In this document: positions 34,928 through 42,119 of the stretch, piece by piece
Layout of the letters: each line of letters begins with the position of its first letter
How positions within the stretch are numbered: the stretch's first letter is position 1
Virus record (IMG/VR): IMGVR_UViG_3300025018_000046
Span: 1 to 42,119 of that record
Direction: 5' to 3' (one strand)
DNA: 42,119 nt
From: a virus
Lineage: Duplodnaviria; Caudoviricetes
The notes under the pieces: model-generated
What the model was told of the DNA's origin: nothing
What the model saw: the letters and a program-made list of their open reading frames with translations, nothing else
Databases searched by the model: none
Made by a program: the position numbers and the translations under genes

Positions 34928-36759
34928 GCCTTCTTGCGCGCATGATGCAACGGGTGGGCAAAGAGCCTTCCGACCTCACCCGCTCTTCGCGGGTGGGGCG
35001 CATCATGCGGTGCAATGGCGTCCCCAACTCTGATGAACTCAAGCGCATCTTGGGCATCTACCGCCGGCGTTGGGAGGATATCCCGCCCGAGGTCGTTGCC
35101 GACGTGAGCAACGGGCTCAAGAAGCGTTGGGGCACCATGAGCCTCAAGCCCATTCAAGTGGCCGCGCTTTGTGACCTTCACGATTTCGGCGGCATGCTCG
35201 GCCCCATCCGAGTGGGTGGCGGCAAGACCTTGGTCTCTCTTCTAGCGGCCGAAGTGTCGCCGGCCGAGCGGCCCATCTTGCTCATCCCCGCGAAGCTTCG
35301 CGAGAAGACTTTGAGAGAGTCAAAGAAGCTTTCAGAGCACTTCAGATTCCCCCCATGCGCAACGGAGCTCACGCGCGCAACCCGCGAAAAAAGCATTTTG
35401 GTTGTGAGTTATGAAACGCTCGGCCGCACCAAAGGCGCCGCGCTTCTTGCCGAATACAACCCGGGGCTCATCATCGCCGATGAGTGCCACAAGCTCAAGA
35501 ACACCCGGCCCGCCGTCACACGACGTGTGAGCCGATACATGAATGAGAACCCGAGCACCGTCTTTGTTGCGATGAGCGGCACCATCATGAAGCGAAGCTT
35601 GAGAGACTATGCGCACATTGCCGAGTGGTGTCTTGGAGACCTCTCACCCCTGCCGCTTCATTGGGGTACGTTGCAAGATTGGGCCGACGCTCTTGACGAA
35701 AAGGTTGCCGAAGGCGCACGCATGCACCCCGGCGCGCTCTTGAAGTTGTGCAACGAAGAAGAGCGTGCCGAATACAAGAGAGACCCTCTCGCGGCCGTGC
35801 GGCACGCATACCGGCGGCGCCTCATTGAAACGCCCGGTGTCATCGCCACGCAAGAGGGGCATCTCGGATGCTCGCTTCAAATCACGGCCGTTGAGCCGAA
35901 GGTCTCCCAAGCCACCGTTGAAGCCTTCGGGCTCTTGCGCAACGCTTGGCAAACTCCTGACGGCTGGGAAGTCTTGGACGGCGCGAGCGTATGGAGGCAC
36001 GCCCGAGAGCTTGCGCTTGGCTTCTATTACCGTTGGAACCCCCGCCCGCCCGAAGAGTGGCTTGAAGCCCGAGCGGCTTGGGCAAAGTTTGTGCGGTACA
36101 CCATCACGCACAACCAAAGGCGCCTTGATTCTGAAAAGCAAATCGCTCAAGCATGCGCTCGCAACCTCTACCCCCGCGAAGCCTACGACCAGTGGAAGCG
36201 AGTCAAGAACACCTTCAAGCCCCGCACCGAAGCGGTGTGGATTGATGAAGGCCCGCTCAACTTCGCGGCCAAGTGGATGGGCAGCAACACGGGCATTGTT
36301 TGGGTTGAGCACGTGGCCTTCGGTCGCAAGCTTGCCGAGGTCACGGGCCGCCCATACTTCCACCGCAAGGGGCTCAACGACGCCGGCGCATTCATTGAAG
36401 ACGCACGCGCCGCCGATGGGTGCATCATCGCATCCATTGGCTCAAACTCGGAAGGGCGCAACCTTCAAGACCAGTGGTCAAACAACCTTCTCACCACCGT
36501 GCCGGGCTCGGGGGATGTGTGGGAGCAACTACTCGGCCGCACGCATCGTGACGGGCAAGAAGCCGATGAGGTGTTCTTTGAGATGATGATGTCTTGCCTT
36601 GAGAACTGGCAAGGCTTTGAACAAGCTCGGTCCGATGCACGCACGGTGCAAGACACGAAGGGCCAAGCCCAAAAGATTCTCTTTGCCGATGTAACGGTTG
36701 CATCGGCGGAAGAAGTGGCGCGCCGCGGTGGCGCGCTTTGGTCAGTAGCTAGAAGATAG
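34924..36759 (+). CDS. superfamily 2 (SNF2-like) helicase
   Basis: VGGGKT, VSYETL, IADECH, MSGT, EGRNLQ, EQLLGRTHRDGQ. Confidence 0.9.
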   Translation: MSLLARMMQRVGKEPSDLTRSSRVGRIMRCNGVPNSDELKRILGIYRRRWEDIPPEVVADVSNGLKKRWGTMSLKPIQVAALCDLHDFGGMLGPIRVGGGKTLVSLLAAEVSPAERPILLIPAKLREKTLRESKKLSEHFRFPPCATELTRATREKSILVVSYETLGRTKGAALLAEYNPGLIIADECHKLKNTRPAVTRRVSRYMNENPSTVFVAMSGTIMKRSLRDYAHIAEWCLGDLSPLPLHWGTLQDWADALDEKVAEGARMHPGALLKLCNEEERAEYKRDPLAAVRHAYRRRLIETPGVIATQEGHLGCSLQITAVEPKVSQATVEAFGLLRNAWQTPDGWEVLDGASVWRHARELALGFYYRWNPRPPEEWLEARAAWAKFVRYTITHNQRRLDSEKQIAQACARNLYPREAYDQWKRVKNTFKPRTEAVWIDEGPLNFAAKWMGSNTGIVWVEHVAFGRKLAEVTGRPYFHRKGLNDAGAFIEDARAADGCIIASIGSNSEGRNLQDQWSNNLLTTVPGSGDVWEQLLGRTHRDGQEADEVFFEMMMSCLENWQGFEQARSDARTVQDTKGQAQKILFADVTVASAEEVARRGGALWSVARR

Positions 36760-36775
36760 AAAGAGAGATTTCAAA

Positions 36776-37219
36776 ATGGGATTATTCAGCGGGATGCGAG
36801 ACGCTCAAGTTGGGCAAGGTGGGGTTTACTTCTTGGACGGTGTTTACCGGGTGGAAATCATCAAGTGCACCACCATTCAAAGTCGAAAGAAAGAAGACCT
36901 TTTCATTGTTGAGTGCAAGGTGCTTGAGAGCAACAACGACCAACGCAAGCCGGGCGTGAAGGCGTCTTGGATTGTGAACCTCAAGCACGATGCGGCCCTT
37001 GGAAACATCAAGGGTTTCATCGCGGCGGCCAACGGCATCTCACCAAGCCTTGAAGAAGAGAAGGTCAACGAAGAGGTGGGTGAAGAAGAGGTTGAGTTCG
37101 CGGTGAGCAAAGACAACCCGCTCGCGGGCATCATCGTTGACCTTGAGGCAATCACGATTCAAACGCGGGCCAAGACGCCCTTCACGCTTCACAAGTGGGA
37201 GCCCGCCGAAGAAGCTTGA
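36776..37219 (+). CDS. putative single-stranded DNA-binding protein
   Basis: DGVYRVEI beta-rich OB-fold-like pattern; between helicase and polymerase. Confidence 0.6.
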   Translation: MGLFSGMRDAQVGQGGVYFLDGVYRVEIIKCTTIQSRKKEDLFIVECKVLESNNDQRKPGVKASWIVNLKHDAALGNIKGFIAAANGISPSLEEEKVNEEVGEEEVEFAVSKDNPLAGIIVDLEAITIQTRAKTPFTLHKWEPAEEA

Positions 37220-37242
37220 AAGGGCCAGCGTGGCCGGCCGCG

Positions 37243-37303
37243 TGGCCGCGCGTCATGGGAGGATGTCGACGAACGACGATCCCGCGGGAGACCATGATGG
37301 CTA
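37243..37303 (+). other. putative structured RNA element between the SSB-like gene and the terminator
   Basis: Nested stems gtcatgg/ccatgat and ggat-gtcg/cgac-g-atcc. Confidence 0.3.
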
Positions 37304-37315
37304 GATAACCGGGGG

Positions 37316-37348
37316 AAAGGCCCGGGGGAAACCTCGGGCCTTTTCTTT
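37316..37348 (+). terminator. intrinsic terminator
   Basis: aaaggcccgggg-gaaa-cctcgggcctttt, followed by cttt. Confidence 0.85.
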
Positions 37349-37376
37349 GCCTCCCAATGTGATAGCGTGCTATCAC
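37347..37376 (+). promoter_or_regulatory. promoter P3 with full 18-bp operator
   Basis: TTGCCT-N18-TATCAC; GTGATAGC-GT-GCTATCAC at 37359-37376. Confidence 0.78.
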
Positions 37377-37409
37377 TTCGTTTTGATGTAGAAAGAGAAG
37401 GGGTTTGAA

Positions 37410-37748
37410 ATGCAACGACTAGAAGAGAATGAGTTCGCGCGGCTTTGCCAAGCGGTAGCAGGTGAAGCGCTCTTGAGGCTTGCCGAGCACCAAGAAGACG
37501 GCCGAGCCGACGGTGAGACCATTGCCAAGCTCAAGCGAGCTATTGAGCAAGACTCTCATGAGAGGGTAGGGCTCAAGGCCAAAGTTCTTGAGCTTCAAAA
37601 GGCGCTTGATGTGGCGCTTGAGGCACTCACCGACAAGACGCACGATTTTGAGTCATCTCTTCACGAGGCGCGGCGCATCATCGCGACAAAGAACGAAGAG
37701 AACAAAGACCTTCTCAAGCGGCTTGCCGCGCTGAAACCGGGGGCTTGA
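37410..37748 (+). CDS. hypothetical coiled-coil protein
   Basis: Good RBS (gaagggg); heptad pattern. Confidence 0.75.
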   Translation: MQRLEENEFARLCQAVAGEALLRLAEHQEDGRADGETIAKLKRAIEQDSHERVGLKAKVLELQKALDVALEALTDKTHDFESSLHEARRIIATKNEENKDLLKRLAALKPGA

Positions 37749-37749
37749 G

Positions 37750-39741
37750 ATGCCGACTGAGAAGACCCGGCTTGCCTTTGACACCGAAACGGCGCTCATC
37801 CGCCCGGGCCTTCTCGCGCCGCCTCTCACGTGCGTGACGGCGGCCGGCGCGTGGATGCCCGAGGGGGATTTGCTCTGGCAAGGCAACCCCTCAACGGTGA
37901 ACATCGTGAAGGGGTGGCTCAAAGACAAGAGCCTCTTGCTCATTGGTCACACGGTGGCCTATGACTTGGCCGTCTTGGGTAGTGAGTACCCCGAACTCTT
38001 GCCGCTCATCTTTGAAGCGCTTGAGAGTGACCGGGTGACCGATACAAGCTTGAGACAAAAGCTCATCGACATTGCCCGCGGGCAATATCGGGGCTTCACT
38101 GACGCCTTCACGCAAAAAAGGACCGAGCACACCTACCATCTTGCGGTGCTCGCAAAACGCCTTCTCGGCGTCTTGCTTGAGAAAGATGAGTTTCGCTTGG
38201 GGTATGGCGAACTTCGTGACGTGCCTCCCGAGAAGTGGGCCGAAGGCGCGCGGCGGTACGCTCTCAACGACGCCATCACCACGCTTGACGTGCACGAGGC
38301 TCAAGAGGTTGACCGAGAACTCTTGGCCGATGAGTTCCGGCAAACGCGCGCGGCGTTTGGCATGCACCTCATATCGTGCCACGGCATACGCACCGACGCC
38401 GAGAAGATTCGGGCCTTTGAGCTTGAGACGCGGGCAGCCTTTGGCAAGGCGCTCACGATGTGCAAAGAGGCGGGGCTCGTGCGCAAAGACGGCTCACGCG
38501 ACACCAAGAAGGCCCGGGCGCTCATGGTTGAGGTGATGGCCGACCTTGATGAGAAGCCCAAGCGCACCAAAGGCTTCTTCAAGTTGCACGCGAAGAAGCG
38601 CAACAACGAAGAACTCACGAAGCGAAACATCAAAGACCTTGATGACCCGCTCTTCGGCATCTCACTTGATGAAGAGGCTTGCAACGCGAGCGGCAACGAT
38701 TTGCTCAAAGCCTACGCCTCGGTTTCATCTCTCATGACAGTGGTCAACGACCACATCCCCGCGCTCAAGAACGGCATCACGCACGCGATTCAGCCTCACT
38801 TTGATTCGCTTATGGAAACCGGCCGGGCAAGCTGTAAGGGGTACAGTGAAGACGCACCCACCGACGGTTACCAAATGCACAACGTGAGGCGGCTCGCGGG
38901 AATCCGGGAATGCTTCACGGCGCGCCCGGGCAAGCTGTACGCAAACGCGGACTTTGACGGGCTCGAGCTTCGCTCTTGGTCTCAAGTGTGCATTTGGGCG
39001 CTTGGTGAGTCGCGCATGGCCGAGATGCTCAACAAGGGCGTTGACGTGCACCTTGACCTTGCGGCGCAGTTCATGGGCATTGAATACAACCACGCCCGAG
39101 ACCTTCTTGAGGCGGGTGACCCCGAGATGGTTGCCGCGCGGCAGTTCGCCAAGATTGGAAACTTTGGTTTTATGGGCGGGATGCAAGCAAAGAGCTTCAG
39201 AGCTCACGCCCGCGGCTCTGGGATTTTCCGCACCTTGGCCGAGTGCCAAGCGTTGCTTGATGCGTGGCTCACCAACTGGCCCGAGGCGCGCAAATACTCT
39301 CTTTGGATTCGCGCGCAATGCGACCAAGGCGGCGGCTATGCAACCATCAAGCACTTCATGAGCGACCGGTGGCGCGGGCTCGTGCCTTACACCGTGGCAT
39401 CAAACTCTTTCTTTCAAGGGCTCGGCGCCGATGCAACCAAGGCGGCTCTCTTTGCGCTTCAAAAGGCAAGCTACGTTGAGACCGAATCGCCGCTCTTCGG
39501 GTGCCGCATGGTCAACTATGTTCATGATGAGTTCATGCTTGAAGTGCCTGAAGAGCTTCGGGCAGCCAACCGCGCGGCCGATGAGCTTGTGCGCGTGATG
39601 AATAAGGCGGCGGGTGAATGGTTGCCCGACGTGCCCCCCACCTCTTCGGTGGCGCTCATGAAGCATTGGGCCAAGAAGGCAAAGGCGGTGCGCAACGAAG
39701 AGGGGCTCTTGATACCTTGGGAAATGAGGCAAGCGGCATGA
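37750..39741 (+). CDS. family A DNA polymerase with 3'-5' exonuclease domain
   Basis: AFDTET (ExoI), YALND (ExoIII), ETGRAS, ADFDGLELR (motif A), RQFAKIGNFG (motif B), VHDE (motif C). Confidence 0.93.
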   Translation: MPTEKTRLAFDTETALIRPGLLAPPLTCVTAAGAWMPEGDLLWQGNPSTVNIVKGWLKDKSLLLIGHTVAYDLAVLGSEYPELLPLIFEALESDRVTDTSLRQKLIDIARGQYRGFTDAFTQKRTEHTYHLAVLAKRLLGVLLEKDEFRLGYGELRDVPPEKWAEGARRYALNDAITTLDVHEAQEVDRELLADEFRQTRAAFGMHLISCHGIRTDAEKIRAFELETRAAFGKALTMCKEAGLVRKDGSRDTKKARALMVEVMADLDEKPKRTKGFFKLHAKKRNNEELTKRNIKDLDDPLFGISLDEEACNASGNDLLKAYASVSSLMTVVNDHIPALKNGITHAIQPHFDSLMETGRASCKGYSEDAPTDGYQMHNVRRLAGIRECFTARPGKLYANADFDGLELRSWSQVCIWALGESRMAEMLNKGVDVHLDLAAQFMGIEYNHARDLLEAGDPEMVAARQFAKIGNFGFMGGMQAKSFRAHARGSGIFRTLAECQALLDAWLTNWPEARKYSLWIRAQCDQGGGYATIKHFMSDRWRGLVPYTVASNSFFQGLGADATKAALFALQKASYVETESPLFGCRMVNYVHDEFMLEVPEELRAANRAADELVRVMNKAAGEWLPDVPPTSSVALMKHWAKKAKAVRNEEGLLIPWEMRQAA

Positions 39742-39860
39742 AAGAGAAGCTTCTCGATTTGTGGGCGGTGGTGGCCTACGTCACCCTTTGGGCTCTCTTG
39801 AGCCTCACCGTTCTCGGGGCCGTTCGGCTCGGTCAATACCTTTGGGAGCAACTTTCATGA
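39738..39860 (+). CDS. small membrane protein (40 aa)
   Basis: MKEKLLDLWAVVAYVTLWALLSLTVLGAVRLGQYLWEQLS; ATGA overlaps. Confidence 0.6.
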   Translation: MKEKLLDLWAVVAYVTLWALLSLTVLGAVRLGQYLWEQLS

Positions 39861-40111
39861 AAGAAGAAAAGAAGAAGAGAGCGGTGCAAATCCTTCACGA
39901 TGGCGGCGCCGTGCACCTCTTGCCAAACAAGATGTGCGAGCGCGGCTCATTCCTGCCCGTGGACAAAGACCTCAAGCACCTCACGAAGAAAGAGATTGAA
40001 GAGAGCCCGGGCAAGCTCTTCGGTTTCGTGATGCACCCCGAAGACATGGACCAATGCCAAGCCATGATTGTCATGGCTCTCACGCCCCCCGAAGACTTGG
40101 GGCAAGCGTGA
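39857..40111 (+). CDS. hypothetical protein
   Basis: MKEEKKKRAVQILHDGG...; ATGA-coupled. Confidence 0.68.
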   Translation: MKEEKKKRAVQILHDGGAVHLLPNKMCERGSFLPVDKDLKHLTKKEIEESPGKLFGFVMHPEDMDQCQAMIVMALTPPEDLGQA

Positions 40112-40551
40112 TGGGTGCGAAGGTCATCACCGTTGACTTCAAGGCGCGCCGGCGCCTTGTCCCCCCGCCGCCGGCGCTTGCTCGGTCGGTTGAAGACTTT
40201 GGGCAGTGGGCGTGCAAAGCCGAACCGAAGCGCACCGCGCTTTGGGTCAAGGTTGAAGGCTGCCCGAAGGCCGACTTGAGCACGGCCAAGCACTTGAGAA
40301 GGGCGTGCGCCGATTCTCTCACCTTCTCGTTTCAATGTGCCTTCAACGATTGGCGCGCCAACAACTTCAAGCCGGCCGACGTGGTTGAGATTTTCCACAC
40401 CATCACGGTTGATGCCGTGAAGCTCATGGCACACCTCAACGTTGATTGGTGGCTCGAGCACGGCATGCACGAGCACCACGGGGTGAACGTTGTTTGCGGG
40501 GCTCACGCGCTCTTCATGTTTCGGCGGGACGCCGCGCGGGGTGCGTTGTGA
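40111..40551 (+). CDS. hypothetical protein
   Basis: MGAKVITVDF...; TGATG overlap. Confidence 0.68.
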   Translation: MGAKVITVDFKARRRLVPPPPALARSVEDFGQWACKAEPKRTALWVKVEGCPKADLSTAKHLRRACADSLTFSFQCAFNDWRANNFKPADVVEIFHTITVDAVKLMAHLNVDWWLEHGMHEHHGVNVVCGAHALFMFRRDAARGAL

Positions 40552-41066
40552 AAGGCGCGGCGGCCATCGGCGGCATTGAGTACACCCTAGCGGTTGACCC
40601 CGGCGCTCGGGCTTGCGGCTTCGCCGTCTTCTACGGCAAGACCCTCGTGAAGTGCGGGTTGGTGCGCACGCGTGCAAAGACTACGGCCGGCCAAGCCATG
40701 GACTTTGAGACACTCTTTCACCGACACATCCAAAAGCACCCCACGCTCATCATTGAGCGGCCCGAGGTTTACAACCAACGCAACCAAAAGGGCGACCCCA
40801 ACGACCTCATCGGGCTCGGGCTCATTGGCGGTGTGGTGGCTGGCGCGGTGCAACCGAAGGCTCTCGTGCTCACGTTGCCGAAAGAGTGGAAGGGGCAAAC
40901 GCCAAAGGACATCCACCACGCGCGCATTGAAGCCAAGTTGAGCCCCGATGAAGAGGCGCGGGTCTCTTGCGCCGTGGCCTACGGGGCGCCCGATACGGTG
41001 CCCGCAAGCCTTCTTCACAACGTCTACGATTCCATTGGCATTGGGCTTTGGTACCTCAAACGATAG
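40548..41066 (+). CDS. RuvC-like Holliday junction resolvase
   Basis: LAVDPG..ACGFAVF, IIERP, PKEWKG, HNVYDSIGIG. Confidence 0.82.
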   Translation: MKGAAAIGGIEYTLAVDPGARACGFAVFYGKTLVKCGLVRTRAKTTAGQAMDFETLFHRHIQKHPTLIIERPEVYNQRNQKGDPNDLIGLGLIGGVVAGAVQPKALVLTLPKEWKGQTPKDIHHARIEAKLSPDEEARVSCAVAYGAPDTVPASLLHNVYDSIGIGLWYLKR

Positions 41067-41077
41067 CGTGCTATCAC
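41048..41077 (+). promoter_or_regulatory. promoter P4 with operator; predicted leaderless transcript
   Basis: TTGGTA-N18-TATCAC; GATAGCGTGCTATC at 41062-41075; ATG 6 nt after the -10 with no SD. Confidence 0.72.
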
Positions 41078-41083
41078 CCCATC

Positions 41084-41311
41084 ATGAGACTCTCAAAATA
41101 CTGCAAGATGCACGGCCGCGGCACGATGACTTTGATTGCCGAAGACGCGGGCGTTTCATATCTCACCGTCCGCAACGCCTCCCAAGGCATGCGAATCAAG
41201 CTTTACGATGTGGCGCGCCGCATCTCGAAAGCAACCGATTGGGTTGTCACCATCCCCGAGCTTTGTGAAGACCGACCCCACAAGCAAGTCAAAGACCAGT
41301 TCAAAAGATAG
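41084..41311 (+). CDS. Cro-like HTH transcriptional regulator
   Basis: MRLSKY...TMTLIAEDAGVSYLTVRNASQG...VARRISKATDWVVTIPEL, a Cro/YdaS-like pattern. Confidence 0.8.
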   Translation: MRLSKYCKMHGRGTMTLIAEDAGVSYLTVRNASQGMRIKLYDVARRISKATDWVVTIPELCEDRPHKQVKDQFKR

Positions 41312-41334
41312 AAGATAGAAAGAAGGCCACCACC

Positions 41335-42119
41335 ATGAAGTTGAAGAGTTCAAAGTCCCGAGTTGAAGGCACGTGTTTCACGTCCAAGTGCAAAGAGCCG
41401 GCGTGCGCGATTGCCGACGGCAAGACGTTCTTCTCAAAGAGAGGCAACCCAACGCATCTTTGCGAGCCCCACTTGCTTGAGGCGCTCGAGATGTCCGAGA
41501 CCAGCGGTCTCGGGCCGCTCAAGTGGGTTGAGGTTCCGGGTGGAGACTCCGATGACCCCGCCGGCAGTTTGACCGATGCCCGCATCTATGCCGCCGATGT
41601 GAAGAAAGCCGACGCCGAGCAAGGCCCCGCCGCGCGCGAGCCTTTTGAACTCATCACGTTTGACAAGCTTGACGCCCAACTCACCGAAGAAGAGAGCGAA
41701 GCCCGAGACGCCGTTGAGGCGTTCGGCTCAATGACCATTGAGAGCAAAGAAGACCTCACCTTTGCGGCCGAGATGCTTCAAGAGGTGAAGGGCCACACCA
41801 AGCGACTCACCGACAAGCGCACGACGGTGACCAAGCCCCTCAACGATGCACTCAAGGCAACACGAGCGCTCTTCAAGCCCGCCCTTGATTTCTATGGGGA
41901 GTGCGAGCGCATCATCAAACGCAAGATGAGTGACGCGCACCGCGAAGCTCAAGCGGCCGCGCGGCTCGCGCTGGCCGAAGCTTCGGTTGCCGCTCAAGAC
42001 AAAGACATTGCAGCGGTTGACGAGGCCATTGAGAAGCACGAAGCCGCCAACTCATTCCCCGAAGCGGACGGCATTCAATACCGTTCGGTGTGGAAATACG
42101 AAATCACAGACGCCTCACA
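41335..42119 (+). CDS. Gp157/Gam-like coiled-coil protein, 304 aa in total (continues at 128-257)
   Basis: gaagg RBS + ATG 41335; Cys/His-rich N-terminus, long coiled coil (KRTTVTKPLNDALK...FKP), C-terminal WKYEITD..IPRE..IPGV motif. Confidence 0.8.
   Translation, partial: MKLKSSKSRVEGTCFTSKCKEPACAIADGKTFFSKRGNPTHLCEPHLLEALEMSETSGLGPLKWVEVPGGDSDDPAGSLTDARIYAADVKKADAEQGPAAREPFELITFDKLDAQLTEEESEARDAVEAFGSMTIESKEDLTFAAEMLQEVKGHTKRLTDKRTTVTKPLNDALKATRALFKPALDFYGECERIIKRKMSDAHREAQAAARLALAEASVAAQDKDIAAVDEAIEKHEAANSFPEADGIQYRSVWKYEITDAS
41993..42119. repeat. 127-bp terminal direct repeat, right copy
   Basis: Identical to 1-127. Confidence 0.97.

Noticed and set aside
37402-37415. 14-bp GGTTTGAAATGCAA shared with 28142-28155 as an antisense promoter
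   Set aside because: It overlaps an RBS/start codon and lacks a matching -10 at the 18-bp spacing; may be chance or a relic.
37750-39741. Z-genome or other modified-base system
   Set aside because: No PurZ, dATPase, thymidylate-synthase-like or glycosyltransferase genes recognised.
41993-42119. Terminal repeat as a biological DTR or att site
   Set aside because: Exactly 127 bp and in the middle of a gene, typical of assembler k-mer overlap.
1-42119. Alternative genetic code suggested by abundant TTGA
   Set aside because: Core genes translate full length in code 11 and end at TGA/TAG/TAA with normal overlaps.

Overview
The window is a complete, circularly assembled GC-rich (about 60-65% by eye) tailed-phage genome of 41,992 bp; bases 1-127 are repeated exactly at 41993-42119. 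It has two arms that diverge from an AT-rich, repeat-laden intergenic region (about 28.82-29.54 kb, probable origin and/or pac region). The minus-strand arm carries terS, a small-gene insert, terL, portal, Mu-F-like minor head protein, protease/scaffold, a four-gene LamG/Ig accessory block, cement, major capsid, neck, contractile sheath and tube, a tail chaperone with a -1 frameshift, tape measure, baseplate, a beta-propeller tail protein and an expanded lysis cassette. The plus-strand arm carries primase-helicase, a PD-(D/E)XK nuclease, SF2 helicase, SSB-like protein, family A DNA polymerase, RuvC-like resolvase, a Cro-like HTH protein and a Gp157/Gam-like protein that crosses the junction. 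I saw no integrase, tRNA or CRISPR array. Most notable: (1) a palindromic operator GATAGC-N2-GCTATC overlapping three of four near-identical promoters, one of which gives a leaderless transcript for the Cro-like gene and one of which lies between terS and terL behind a terminator; (2) an XRE-type HTH domain embedded in the capsid protease/scaffold; (3) a relay of micro-ORFs with duplicated stop/RBS/start units leading into terS; (4) a methylase-like gene remnant in frame with terL; (5) strong GATC and CAG/CTG avoidance, with the only GATC I spotted sitting in a putative structured RNA; (6) a lysis module with no visible lipoprotein o-spanin. All family assignments come from motif recognition and gene order, not database searches.
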